Source of the DNA: Cyanophyceae cyanobacterium
GTDB taxonomy: Bacteria; Cyanobacteriota; Cyanobacteriia; Cyanobacteriales; Laspinemataceae
DNA length: 64,000 bases
NCBI GenBank assembly: GCA_038321985.1
Contig: JBBQFN010000016.1
Location: forward strand, 32,001 to 96,000
Reading direction: 5' to 3'
The notes beneath the pieces were generated by a model. That model made no database searches and was not told where the DNA came from. It saw nothing but the letters and a program-made list of their open reading frames with translations. The position numbers were made by a program, and so were the translations under genes. Within the stretch, counting starts at the first letter, position 1, and each line of letters opens with the position of its first letter. Positions 11,014 to 21,179 of the stretch are shown here, in pieces.

Positions 11014-13356
11014 ATGGATGTGGGGAACAGTATGAACGCCGAAGGGTTTGCTTTTAAGCTGATTGTGGAAAAAACTGAAAATTGGGGACAAGATACCGTA
11101 ACCCTACCGGAAAATCTACCCCCTTCTGAGGCAGGGGAAAAAGCCCTCAGTGAATTTTTGCAAGTAATGCAGCTTGAGCTAGAGGATGCTCAGTTAGAGG
11201 AAGCTCAGGTCCAGGAGTACCGGGAACCCCTGACGACGTTCGTCTCGCAACCGTCGGTACAAAAAACCTTGTTAGGGGTTTTCGACAAAGACTGCAAGAC
11301 AATCTCCACGGATACTTTAGCCGAAACCTGGACGCAACTCAATCTAATTCCCCTACCGGAGGGATTTAATTGGGAGGCGGTGGCGCGGATATATTTTAAA
11401 CAGATTAAAGCCTTTGTTTACGCTAAAGAATTAGTCGATCGCCTGGTCAATCCAAACCGAGAAGATCCCCTCACTCTCGATGAAATCAAACGGGATGTTT
11501 TTATGCAACATCTGTTTGATGAACCGTGGCATGAGGTGATGCGGCAGGTAGTAAGTATGATTGATCCTGCACTAGCAGCAGAGTTACTGGATTCTTTGAT
11601 TGAAAACCAAGTCGAACCGTCTAACTTTACTCACTTATTTGTGGCAGCGGAATGTCTAGCCGTTGTAGGCGTTCACGATACCTTGGCAGGGACTGCGAAT
11701 CAATTGCGCGATCGCCTCCAATCCTTAACCCAACATCCAGAAGTAGACGAACTCATCCTCACCCGCCTCCGAGCAATTTCTACCTTAGCGCGAGTGTGGA
11801 AAACTGACCCTGATACCCTTCCCTGGTTACAGTCGCTAGTAGAGTCGCCGGTTGCCGAAACCATCCGCATGAGTGCAGTGGATGAAATCGCCCTCTCCTG
11901 GAAAGAACGCCCGGAGATTCTATCCTGGCTCAAAACCTTAGCACAATCCTCCGTTGCTGAAATTACCCGAGTCAGCGCCGTGCGATCGCTTGCCACTCAC
12001 TACAGCCAAGACCCGGAGATTCTCCCCCTACTCAAAACCTTAGCCCAAAGCGATCGCTATTGGCTGGTGCGTGAGGCGGCATTGGAAGAGTTAGCTCAAG
12101 GATGGCACGATGATCCGGATACTTTTTCCCTGATTGCCACGATCGCCCAGTCGGATCAAGAGGCCGATGTGAGAGAGGCAGCCGTAGAAGAACTCGCCAA
12201 AGGCTGGAGTCAGGGGCCGGAAACTTCGGCCCTAATCCGCACCCTTGCTGAGTCCGATCCGGATTGGCACGTCCGAATTGCAGCGATGCAGCAGTTTGCG
12301 ATCGCCTGGTATGACAACTCGGAAACCTTGGGTTGGCTGCGAACTCGCACCCTTACCGATCCGGATTGGCACGTCCGAATTGCAGCCATGCAGCAGATTG
12401 CCACGGGTTGGTTTGATGACCCAAACACGGTAGCCTGGTTACGCGATCGCATCGTTTCTGATGACGCATGGCAGGTGCGGGTCGCGGCTTTACAGCTTGC
12501 TGCGGCTTGGTTTGAAGACCCAAAAACTTTACCGATTCTGAAAAAAATTGCCACCTCCGACCGCGATCGCCGAGTGCGAGAAGCGGCAGTCCACGAGTTT
12601 ACTCGCACCTGGAAAGATGACCCGGAACTGTTACCGATTCTCAAATCCCGGGCGACTCAGGATGAACATTGGCAGGTGCGAGTCGCAGCTTTGCAACAGC
12701 TAGCAACGGGTTGGTATGACGACCCAGAAACCTTGCCCCTCCTCAAAGTTCAGGCGATCGATGATGCTTCGTCAGATGTGAGAATGACGACATTGCGGGA
12801 ACTCGCCTCCGGTTGGTTTGACGACCCAGAAACCTTGCCTCTGTTGAAAACTCGGGCCACCTCAGATCAAGGATGGGATGTGAGAATTGTGGCCCTGCGG
12901 GAATTAGCAACCGGATGGAAGGAGGACTCCGAAACTTTCCCCCTTATCAAAACCCGCGCTCAATCGGATCAAAATTGGGCAGTGCGCCTCGCCGGGGCGA
13001 TCGAGTTGGTGACCCACTGGCCGAAAGACCCAGAAACCTTCGAGATTGTCAAGGCGCGTGCTTCTACAGATGAAGATTCGTTTGTGCGACTCTCGGCCCT
13101 GCAACAGCTTGTCAAAGGGGGATTTGATAATTCCTCGGTGTTTGCCTTTTTATGCGATCGCGCCGTCAATGATCCGTTTGTTCCCCTCAAAGATGGTGCA
13201 CTCAATCCCCGGCTAACTGCCCTCGAAGCCCTCGTCCAACAGTATGGCGAGTACCCAGAAACTCTCCCCTTACTACGCGATCGCGCCCAATCTGACCCGG
13301 ATGAAAAAGTTCGCGCCTTTGCTCAATCCGTCTTAGCGACTCCACCCAAAAACTAG
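11014..13356 (+). CDS. HEAT-repeat (PBS-lyase-like) protein; NACHT-HEAT-type ends without an NTPase domain
   Basis: About 15 repeats of about 34 aa (LPLLKxxAxSDxxWxVRxAALxELAxGWxDDPET). No Walker A motif. Confidence 0.9.
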   Translation: MDVGNSMNAEGFAFKLIVEKTENWGQDTVTLPENLPPSEAGEKALSEFLQVMQLELEDAQLEEAQVQEYREPLTTFVSQPSVQKTLLGVFDKDCKTISTDTLAETWTQLNLIPLPEGFNWEAVARIYFKQIKAFVYAKELVDRLVNPNREDPLTLDEIKRDVFMQHLFDEPWHEVMRQVVSMIDPALAAELLDSLIENQVEPSNFTHLFVAAECLAVVGVHDTLAGTANQLRDRLQSLTQHPEVDELILTRLRAISTLARVWKTDPDTLPWLQSLVESPVAETIRMSAVDEIALSWKERPEILSWLKTLAQSSVAEITRVSAVRSLATHYSQDPEILPLLKTLAQSDRYWLVREAALEELAQGWHDDPDTFSLIATIAQSDQEADVREAAVEELAKGWSQGPETSALIRTLAESDPDWHVRIAAMQQFAIAWYDNSETLGWLRTRTLTDPDWHVRIAAMQQIATGWFDDPNTVAWLRDRIVSDDAWQVRVAALQLAAAWFEDPKTLPILKKIATSDRDRRVREAAVHEFTRTWKDDPELLPILKSRATQDEHWQVRVAALQQLATGWYDDPETLPLLKVQAIDDASSDVRMTTLRELASGWFDDPETLPLLKTRATSDQGWDVRIVALRELATGWKEDSETFPLIKTRAQSDQNWAVRLAGAIELVTHWPKDPETFEIVKARASTDEDSFVRLSALQQLVKGGFDNSSVFAFLCDRAVNDPFVPLKDGALNPRLTALEALVQQYGEYPETLPLLRDRAQSDPDEKVRAFAQSVLATPPKN

Positions 13357-13449
13357 AAAGAGTCTTTCTGATCTCATCCCTTGACAAAATGCCTGCTTTA
13401 TCCACTAGCTCAACTCTTATCCCTTCCTAGGCGATCGAGGCTGGCTGGC

Positions 13450-13497
13450 GGGACTTACGCCATCTAACCCCAAAACCCAGTTTGAGGTGTAAGTCCT
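13450..13497. repeat. short inverted repeat GGACTTACGCC...GGTGTAAGTCC
   Basis: Near-perfect inverted repeat seen directly. Resembles the AGGACTTACGCA-type dispersed cyanobacterial repeat (recall). Confidence 0.5.
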
Positions 13498-13649
13498 GAG
13501 CATCAGCCGTCATCAAATTGAGAAATTACCACCACAGAGGCTCCAGGAGTTCCCGGTATTCAGGGGACCCATTTAAGGGACCGGGAAACTCTATTTCATC
13601 CGGCTTGCCGCGTCCCCTCTCTTCTAGCCTAATTCATTTAAGAGAAATT

Positions 13650-14480
13650 ATGGAACTATTTACTCTGCTTTTAACCGGAATTCTCACCTTAGTATCCCCT
13701 GTGGGGGTGACCTTCGATAATATCGCCGAGAGAAACATCCGCGATTCCCTCTATGATGCCGAACAGTTGGAAGTCCGACTAGATAATGCTCCCAATTACT
13801 TTCTACTCACGGGGAATGTCAAAAAATTACGGGTGGCCGGTCGGGGATTGTATATTACGCCAGATTTCCGCATTGATACGGTGGAAATAGAAAGCGACCC
13901 GATCGCCGTAGATCTCGATCGCCTCAATCAAGAAGACCGGCGATCGATCCCGCGCTTTCTCCGGGCACCCTTACAGGCGGGGATGCGCTTGGTCCTCACC
14001 GAAGCAGACATCAATCAAGCATTGAGATCTCGGGCCGCGGCTGAACCCCTGCGCGAACTCGGCATTGGCCTCACCCGCACCAATGACCCCGATGCCCAAA
14101 CCGATCCCCAGCGCTTTCAAATTGTTAACCCCGAGGTGGAATTTTTAGGCAATAACCGCCTGCGCTTTCAGCTAGAGATTCAGGACCGCCGGGATAATGA
14201 ATCGGTACAAATCCTTTTGGAGACCGGGTTAGCCCCGGTTGGCGGTGCCAGGATTCAAGCCGTCAACCCGACGATCCGAATTAACGATGAAGAGGCCCCC
14301 ACTCAGCTAATTACACTTTTCTCGCGAATCCTCGATCGCGCCTTAGATCTCAGAAAATACGAAGACCGGGGATTATTCGCCCGATTTTTAAAATTTGAAG
14401 TAGGTCCGGATGGCCTAGAGGTCGCCGCTTTTATCCGCATTGATCAGCCCGATGCGTTGTCAGTCTTGAGTCCAGAATAA
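13650..14480 (+). CDS. DUF2993/LmeA-like protein, paralog 2
   Basis: MELFTLLLTGILTLVSPVG...AEQLEVRLDNAPNY aligns along its length with 9890..10708. Start placed at the ATG at 13650 by homology. Confidence 0.8.
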   Translation: MELFTLLLTGILTLVSPVGVTFDNIAERNIRDSLYDAEQLEVRLDNAPNYFLLTGNVKKLRVAGRGLYITPDFRIDTVEIESDPIAVDLDRLNQEDRRSIPRFLRAPLQAGMRLVLTEADINQALRSRAAAEPLRELGIGLTRTNDPDAQTDPQRFQIVNPEVEFLGNNRLRFQLEIQDRRDNESVQILLETGLAPVGGARIQAVNPTIRINDEEAPTQLITLFSRILDRALDLRKYEDRGLFARFLKFEVGPDGLEVAAFIRIDQPDALSVLSPE

Positions 14481-14776
14481 GTTTTCGGGAAATTTAGTCC
14501 CTTCCCTTGTAGTTTGCTCAGAAGGTCTAGCGGCCTCTTCAATAAAGATGAAGCTATTAGTTCTTAAGGCATTGGCGATCGCCAATCACCCCGATCAGCG
14601 GATCAGTGCGCGGAAGAATCCAGGGATTGCAACAAGCAGTCCCCCTGGCGGATCTCACCGGGCATTAGTTGCCACTCTTAACCTGTAGAGGACTGAAACA
14701 TCCCCTCAGTTCAAGGGAACAAAATCCGCTTTTCTTATTAGTGAATATTGTTTAACTGTTGAGGAGAACTTTTGAT

Positions 14777-15430
14777 ATGCAAAATGGACAAGCTCGCCGC
14801 CTTCCCCTGGGTGTTATTGCGACTCTCTCCGCCCTAGTGGTGGCGGCTGGGGGTGGTACCGCTTGGTGGGCCGTGAACTCTCAAAAGGACGTTACTATCA
14901 ATGGCATGACCCCGGTTCCCGTGCAAACTAGGGAACCGTCTTCAAACATTGAGGTGACCCAGGACCCGAATTCAACTTCCCCCACCCTACTCAATCCCGT
15001 TGAGCAAACGGTACAAATTTATTTGGTCCAAGACACGGGGAGCCAATTTGAACTAGCCTCCGTCCCGGTTGCCGTAAAAGCGGCTGAAAAACCCGATGCC
15101 GTGTTAAAAGCGGCTCTCGATCGCTTAGTCACCGAACCCAACGCGGCGGCGGCCTTCAGTGAAATTCCCACCGGCACCCAAGTGCTGAATGTAGAGGTTA
15201 AAAATAATGGCGTTTATGTCAACCTCTCCCCAGAGTTTACCGCTGGCGGTGGCAGTAGCTCAATGACAGCCAGATTGGGGCAGGTGGTTTATACTGCTAC
15301 CACCTTGGATCCAAATGCCGCAGTCTGGATTTCCGTAGGCGGTGAACCCCTGGAAGTGTTAGGCGGTGAAGGGTTAGAGGTTCCTCTGCCCATTACCCGC
15401 ACAATTTTTGAGTCGGAGTTTCCCCTGTAA
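14777..15430 (+). CDS. GerMN domain protein
   Basis: N-terminal TM, EIPTGTQVL, VNLSPEFTAGGGSSSMTARLGQVVYTAT and LGGEGLEV. GAGGAG lies upstream. Confidence 0.88.
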   Translation: MQNGQARRLPLGVIATLSALVVAAGGGTAWWAVNSQKDVTINGMTPVPVQTREPSSNIEVTQDPNSTSPTLLNPVEQTVQIYLVQDTGSQFELASVPVAVKAAEKPDAVLKAALDRLVTEPNAAAAFSEIPTGTQVLNVEVKNNGVYVNLSPEFTAGGGSSSMTARLGQVVYTATTLDPNAAVWISVGGEPLEVLGGEGLEVPLPITRTIFESEFPL

Positions 15431-15577
15431 ATGATCACCCGTGGGGTTCTGATCGGTCTATAAAAACCCATAGCCTAAAGGCTGGAAGCTCACAGACCAA
15501 AGCTCTGCCTGTCGCTTCTCGTAAGAGAAAACAGACTGGGTAAAAACGAATGGGGTAGATTGCCGGTTTTAAACGGA

Positions 15578-15620
15578 TTGACCCCCAAGCCCCTTTTAAC
15601 TGGGGAGGCTTGGGGGTCAA
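15578..15620. terminator. inverted repeat between convergent genes (likely terminator)
   Basis: TTGACCCCCAAGCC...GGCTTGGGGGTCAA, a perfect 14-bp stem. Confidence 0.65.
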
Positions 15621-15703
15621 TTTCTTGGGTCTTTAATAAATATAGCTTGCCTTCTCACGGCTAGGGCTAGAGGATATCCCCGAGCCAGGACCCCAATTCT
15701 GGA

Positions 15704-16057
15704 TCATCGTTTCCCATGCCAGCTTAAAGCTCTAAATTGACGGGCTTGTTCTTCAATCCGGGCCGCAAGGCGATCGCAGACGAGGTTACACAGCTCGAAA
15801 ATCAGGGGGTCTTCAACGCGATAATAAGCCGAAGTCCCCTCCGTGCGACGACTGAGGATTCCAGCTTGTAGCATCACTTTCAGATGCTTAGAAACATTGG
15901 CCTGACTCGTAGAAGTGGCCTCCACTAATTCTTGCACGCATTTTTCCTCGTCTCTGAGCAAGTTTAAGAGCTTCAAGCGCATCGGCTCGCTCAAAATACT
16001 GAAGTATTCCGCCACTTGTTGCAAGACCTCTTGTGGTAAGGGCTGCGATCGTTTCAT
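15704..16057 (-). CDS. ArsR/SmtB family transcriptional regulator
   Basis: FSILSEPMRLKLL, EKCVQELV and SQANVSKHLKVM wHTH. Confidence 0.92.
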   Translation of the reverse strand: MKRSQPLPQEVLQQVAEYFSILSEPMRLKLLNLLRDEEKCVQELVEATSTSQANVSKHLKVMLQAGILSRRTEGTSAYYRVEDPLIFELCNLVCDRLAARIEEQARQFRALSWHGKR

Positions 16058-16155
16058 GGCCAGGGTCCTAAAGAATTACCCAATTTTTCTATTTTCCTAA
16101 TTGTAACACTAAACCGATTGATAACAATTAAGTAATTAAACGAGCATTAATCGGG

Positions 16156-16187
16156 AGTCAATTGTCTTGAGGGCAAGACAATCGACT
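16156..16187 (-). terminator. hairpin after accB
   Basis: AGTCAATTGTCTTG...CAAGACAATCGACT inverted repeat about 20 nt past the accB stop. Confidence 0.5.
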
Positions 16188-16208
16188 AACCCCAATCGAT
16201 AGAAAATA

Positions 16209-16769
16209 TCACTCGGGGCTAATCCGCATTAAAGGCTGACCGTATTCAACCGGAGTGCCATTTTCCACCAAAATTTCCACCACTTGTCCGGAAACCTCAG
16301 CTTCAATTTCATTCATCAACTTCATCGCCTCAATGATGCAGACGGTTTGGCCGAGTTTGATGCGATCGCCCACAGCTACAAATGGCGCTTCATCCGGAGA
16401 GGGAGAGCGATAGAAAGTCCCCACCATAGGGGAAATCACCTCTAAATACTTGCGATCGTTGGCACTTGGAGCCCCAGCACTTACCCCATTAGCCCCAGAG
16501 GAATTCGCCCCAGCCGCCCCAGGAGTACCCGGGCTCGGTGGTGCAGGAATAGGAGGAGGTTGAACCGTTGCCCCGGGGGTCGCCACTGCCCCAGTACCCT
16601 CAGCCACCGGAAGCAACCCCCCATCGACTGGGATCCCAATACGCTCGGCAATCATCCGGTCTTTGCGCAGAGTTAACTCAAAATCGCCACTTTTTAAAAT
16701 CAGCTCTGAAATATCCGTTCCATTGAAAGCCCCAAGCAGCTCGCTCAGTTGGCTCAAATCCAGTTGCAC
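16209..16769 (-). CDS. accB: acetyl-CoA carboxylase biotin carboxyl carrier protein
   Basis: [11 protein letters not shown] and the EAMKLMNEI biotinylation motif; adjacent to efp. Confidence 0.97.
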   Translation of the reverse strand: MQLDLSQLSELLGAFNGTDISELILKSGDFELTLRKDRMIAERIGIPVDGGLLPVAEGTGAVATPGATVQPPPIPAPPSPGTPGAAGANSSGANGVSAGAPSANDRKYLEVISPMVGTFYRSPSPDEAPFVAVGDRIKLGQTVCIIEAMKLMNEIEAEVSGQVVEILVENGTPVEYGQPLMRISPE

Positions 16770-16972
16770 AGTTTCTTTGACCCCGTAAAATCAACGTTGA
16801 GCTTCTCTAGCTTTTCCCCATTCAGCCCTCCCTTGGGCGATCGCCTCGCCGGCTTTGGGATAGAGCAACCGCAAAAACCCTTAACGACAGTCTAGGAGAG
16901 CGAATAAACACCGCTCTCCTGGGTGCTAACAGACACCGGGACTAACCGCTAGTGGCTCAAGCCACAATTTAT

Positions 16973-17530
16973 TTATTCTCGGCCCAGATAGGAATCGTTG
17001 CGGGTATCGATTTTAATCCGTTCCCCGATCGTAATGAACAACGGAACCATCACTTCCGCCCCAGTTTCCACCGTCGCAGGTTTGGTTCCACCGGTTGCGG
17101 TATCACCTTTGATGCCCGGGTCGGTTTGCGTGACTTCCAAAACTACCGAGTTGGGCAGTTCGACTTCCAGCACTTGTTCGCCCCAGCGGACGACACTCAC
17201 TTCCATTCCTTCCTTGAGATACTTGACGCGATCGCCAATCTGCTGCTCACTTAAACTGGTCTCTTCATACGTTCCCATATCCATAAACACTAATTGTTCA
17301 CCTTCTCTATAGGTGTACTGCATCGTGTTTTTTTCTAAGGTAGCTTGGGGCACGCTTTCTGCAGCACGAAAGGTACGCTCAATCACGCTACCAGTTTGCA
17401 CGTTTTTTAATTTCGTGCGCACAAAGGCCGAGCCTTTACCAGGTTTGACGTGGAGGAATTCAATCACCCGCCACACAACCCCATCTAATTCAATTGTGAC
17501 GCCGGTGCGAAAATCATTACTGGAGATCAT
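16973..17530 (-). CDS. efp: translation elongation factor P
   Basis: [17 protein letters not shown] and [16 protein letters not shown]. Confidence 0.98.
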   Translation of the reverse strand: MISSNDFRTGVTIELDGVVWRVIEFLHVKPGKGSAFVRTKLKNVQTGSVIERTFRAAESVPQATLEKNTMQYTYREGEQLVFMDMGTYEETSLSEQQIGDRVKYLKEGMEVSVVRWGEQVLEVELPNSVVLEVTQTDPGIKGDTATGGTKPATVETGAEVMVPLFITIGERIKIDTRNDSYLGRE

Positions 17531-17734
17531 GAATCTTCATTGGGGGAGAACAATCGGGATTTTATTTTACCGCGAATTACCCGCTTGAATGGTATCGGAT
17601 CAAATTGCCCCGATCAGAACCCCTCGGACCGATCCCCTCGGACCCTTGCCAATAATTCCCCACCGCCCCCAGCAACTTCCCCGGGTATGGGAAGATTGAT
17701 CTATGACGATTAAAAAGGATTCAGAGATATATTG

Positions 17735-18877
17735 ATGTTTGCTTTGAGTAAAAAAATTACAAATTTATGGCAACGCGGGCTGAAAGCCGCCTTATTGGTC
17801 ATGGTGATGACCAGTCTCTCCCTAGGGTTGAGCGCTGCTTGGTGGGATGGAGACAATAGTTCCGCTAATAATCGCACCAGCGTACTCCCTCAAGGCAATG
17901 CCATCACTGACGGTAAAGCTCTGTTACGGTACGCATTACCCATTGAAAATCAGGCCATCCGCGAGGCCCAAAGCAGTTTGGAAGACATTTCTCAGCAACT
18001 GCGCGGGAAACGCTGGAGTCCCATAACCAGTGATATCACCAAAGCCTCGGGAATTTTTACCAATCGCACTGCAGATATCTTGGAAGATATCCCGCAGTCT
18101 CAACAAGCCGATGCTAATGCCATCCTCGCCCAAATTAAAGAGGAAATTGGCACCGTGCGATCGGCAGTAGAGGCTGAGGATAAGCCGGGGACTCAAGACG
18201 GACGCGATCGCCTCCTTAACTTAATCGGCCAACTAGAAGAGATGATGGTTGGGGAATTCCCCTATCAAGTCCCAGCCGAATACAGCCACCTGCCCCAACT
18301 TCAGGGTCGCGCGACGGTAGCCGTAGAAACTAACCAAGGCAGTTTAAAAGTAGTGCTCGACGGATATAGCGCTCCCGTCACCTCCGGCAACTTTGTCGAT
18401 CTCGTCCAGCGCGGTTTCTACGATGGCCTAGAGTTTATTCGTTCGGAAGACTTCTACGTTCTGCAAACCGGGGATCCGGTGGGACCCGACCAAGGATTTA
18501 TGGACCCTGATACAGGCGAATATCGTAATATTCCCTTGGAAGTCCTCGTCCGTGGCGATACTCAGCCCACCTACGGGATTACTTTAGAAGAGGCGGGACG
18601 GTTTCGAGAGCAGCCGGTACTGCCTTTCTCAGCCTTTGGAACGGTGGCGATGGCACGTCCGGAAGATGACCCCGACGGCGCTTCTTCTCAGTTTTTCTTC
18701 TTTCTATTTGAACCGGAGTTAACTCCGGCTGGCCTCAATTTACTTGATGGTCGTTATTCGGTCTTTGGCTATGTAGTCGAAGGGAAGGAGATTTTAGAGA
18801 AGCTGAAACAGGGGGATAAAATTCTTTCGATGAAAGTGGTTCAAGGGGCCGAAAATTTCGTTCTCCCCCCCAAATAG
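17735..18877 (+). CDS. cyclophilin-type peptidyl-prolyl isomerase (CYP38/TLP40-like)
   Basis: Signal-like N-terminus, helical bundle (LPQGNAITDGKALLRYALPI), DGYSAPVTSGNFVDLV and SSQFFFFL. Confidence 0.92.
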   Translation: MFALSKKITNLWQRGLKAALLVMVMTSLSLGLSAAWWDGDNSSANNRTSVLPQGNAITDGKALLRYALPIENQAIREAQSSLEDISQQLRGKRWSPITSDITKASGIFTNRTADILEDIPQSQQADANAILAQIKEEIGTVRSAVEAEDKPGTQDGRDRLLNLIGQLEEMMVGEFPYQVPAEYSHLPQLQGRATVAVETNQGSLKVVLDGYSAPVTSGNFVDLVQRGFYDGLEFIRSEDFYVLQTGDPVGPDQGFMDPDTGEYRNIPLEVLVRGDTQPTYGITLEEAGRFREQPVLPFSAFGTVAMARPEDDPDGASSQFFFFLFEPELTPAGLNLLDGRYSVFGYVVEGKEILEKLKQGDKILSMKVVQGAENFVLPPK

Positions 18878-18981
18878 CTAAGGGTTCACCGGATCAGGGA
18901 GACTGCTGAGAATAGGCGGTTTCTGATATAAGTCTAGTGGGTTTTTCCACTAGACTTTACTATTTTGTGGGGGTTAGAAAC

Positions 18982-20004
18982 GTGGTAAGCAATGATCCAG
19001 AATATTCCCCTTCTGTTGGAGAAGTGGGGGAACAGGGACTTTTAAAACGATTGCAGCGATTTTGTCCACCGGAGTGGGTGGGAGATGATGCAGCCGCGAT
19101 CGCCATGACAGCGGAACCGAATCGGTCGTTAGTGGTAACGACGGATATGTTAGTAGATGGGGTGCATTTTAGCGATCGCACAACCTCTGCTGAAGATGTG
19201 GGGTGGCGGGCGGCAGCGGCCAATTTATCGGATTTAGCCGCAATGGGTGCAACTCCGTTAGCAATCACCGTCAGTTTAGGGCTGAAAGGGGATACCCTCG
19301 TGTCTTGGGTAGAGGGGGTTTATACGGGGATGGTCAGTTGTCTGAACTCCTATCAGACTGCGATCGCCGGGGGGGATATTTGCAAATCGCCCGTGAATGT
19401 GATTTCGATTACGGCATTCGGTTGGGTGCCAACGAACCGGACAATTCGACGCCAAAATGGAAAACCTGGGGATGCGATCGTGGTAACGGGAGTACATGGA
19501 GCCTCCCGAGCCGGGTTAGAATTGTTATTGCATTCAGAAACCGGGAAAGACTTACCAGAAGGGGATAGGCGCTTTTTAATCAGAGCGCATCAACGTCCGA
19601 ACCCGCGACTGGATGTTTTACCCGTCCTCTGGGAGGTGATGGGGGAGGAGGCAGAGGTAGCCGGGATGGATAGTTCGGATGGGTTAGCCGATGCGATCGT
19701 GCAGATTACCCGTGCCAGTGGGGTAGGGGCAAGTTTAGACCGCGCTTTAATTCCCATGCCACCGAGTTTGAGGCAAATCATCGGCGAGGAACGGGCTATG
19801 GAGTGGGCCTTATACGGGGGAGAAGATTTTGAGCTGGTGCTGTGCTTACCGGATCTGGCGGCTCGTCAGTTCGTTAACCGCATCGGAAACGGGGCAGCTA
19901 TTGTGGGGAGCCTAACAAAAAGCACCAGGGTTTGTCTAACGGACTCCACTGGTGCTTATGCTGAGGAAGTTCTCACTCAAAGTTTGAGTTTTCAGCATTT
20001 TTAA
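18982..20004 (+). CDS. thiL: thiamine-monophosphate kinase
   Basis: VGDDAA, TTDMLVDGVHF, NLSDLAAMGA, MDSSDGLA and GGEDFEL. Start uncertain (GTG 18982 versus 18937). Confidence 0.95.
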   Translation: MVSNDPEYSPSVGEVGEQGLLKRLQRFCPPEWVGDDAAAIAMTAEPNRSLVVTTDMLVDGVHFSDRTTSAEDVGWRAAAANLSDLAAMGATPLAITVSLGLKGDTLVSWVEGVYTGMVSCLNSYQTAIAGGDICKSPVNVISITAFGWVPTNRTIRRQNGKPGDAIVVTGVHGASRAGLELLLHSETGKDLPEGDRRFLIRAHQRPNPRLDVLPVLWEVMGEEAEVAGMDSSDGLADAIVQITRASGVGASLDRALIPMPPSLRQIIGEERAMEWALYGGEDFELVLCLPDLAARQFVNRIGNGAAIVGSLTKSTRVCLTDSTGAYAEEVLTQSLSFQHF

Positions 20005-20081
20005 CCTTAAGGTTATAGATGAGTTTTGAAAGGGGAATGAATCAGTCCGGAATCAAAACTCATTGCCTTAGATTTTTATGC

Positions 20082-21092
20082 TTACCATTTTTGAGCGACG
20101 AGTTCCGCTAAGTCAACCACACGCTGACTATAACCCCACTCGTTATCGTACCAGCCGATCACTTTAACCATGTCTCCATCCATGACCATCGTCAAGCTGG
20201 CATCGACAATTGACGATGCATTATGACCTTTATAGTCGGAGGAGACTAAAGGTTCATCAGAGTATTCCAAAATGCCTTTCATCTTACCTTTAGCGGCAGA
20301 TTCTAAGACTTCATTGACTTGTTCAGCAAACGTCTTTTTCTCAACCTGAGCCACCAAATCTACGACAGAAACGTTGGGTGTAGGCACACGCATCGCGATC
20401 CCGTTCAACTTACCCGCCATCTCTGGAATGACTAAAGCAACCGCTTTAGCTGCACCCGTCGAAGTCGGAACGATATTAAGTGCAGCAGCCCGAGCACGAC
20501 GCACATCCCGGTGGCTAGAATCAAGCAACCGTTGGTCGCCCGTGTAGCTGTGGGTTGTGGTCATCATGCCTTTGATGATGCCAAAATTGTCGTTGATGAC
20601 CTTAACGATCGGGGCTAAACAGTTGGTGGTACAGCTAGCATTACTGATGATGTTGTACTCGGCGGGGTCGTACTGCTCATGGTTGACTCCCATGACAAAA
20701 GTGCCAACTTTACTGCCTTTTCCAGGAGCAGTAATCAACACTTTTTTTGCACCTGCTTGAATATGCTTTGAGGCTCCTTCTTCGGTTACAAAAACTCCGG
20801 TGGATTCAATAACCAAATCAACTCCCCAAGCAGCCCAGGGCAAGTTTAAGGGATTGCGATCGGAGACACATTTAATGGTCTTGCCGTTGACGGTAATGGA
20901 GTTTTCATCGGCACTAATGTCAGCATTCAACGTTCCCAACATGGAATCGTATTTGAGTAGATGAGCGTTGGTGCTTGGGTCGGAGGTATCGTTCACACCG
21001 ACCAGTTCGAGTTGGCTGTTGGATCTGGTTAACCAGCAGCGCAGAAAGTTGCGTCCGATACGTCCAAAACCGTTAATCGCTACTCTAATCAC
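20082..21092 (-). CDS. gap2: glyceraldehyde-3-phosphate dehydrogenase (NAD(P)-dependent, Calvin-cycle type)
   Basis: [29 protein letters not shown] and [17 protein letters not shown]. Confidence 0.95.
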   Translation of the reverse strand: MIRVAINGFGRIGRNFLRCWLTRSNSQLELVGVNDTSDPSTNAHLLKYDSMLGTLNADISADENSITVNGKTIKCVSDRNPLNLPWAAWGVDLVIESTGVFVTEEGASKHIQAGAKKVLITAPGKGSKVGTFVMGVNHEQYDPAEYNIISNASCTTNCLAPIVKVINDNFGIIKGMMTTTHSYTGDQRLLDSSHRDVRRARAAALNIVPTSTGAAKAVALVIPEMAGKLNGIAMRVPTPNVSVVDLVAQVEKKTFAEQVNEVLESAAKGKMKGILEYSDEPLVSSDYKGHNASSIVDASLTMVMDGDMVKVIGWYDNEWGYSQRVVDLAELVAQKW

Positions 21093-21179
21093 TGCGTCTT
21101 GCCCCTTTCTTTAATCTAAAACTGCCTAACGTAATGAACCCAATCATATCCCAACGGGTGTAAATTTCGATCAGATTTT

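Noticed and set aside
12254..12400. Near-identical DNA repeats about 102 bp apart
   Set aside because: They are in-frame HEAT repeat units (34 codons), not a separate element.
13518..13649. N-terminal extension of the second DUF2993 ORF
   Set aside because: Homology with the paralog starts at the ATG at 13650, and the upstream part overlaps hairpins.
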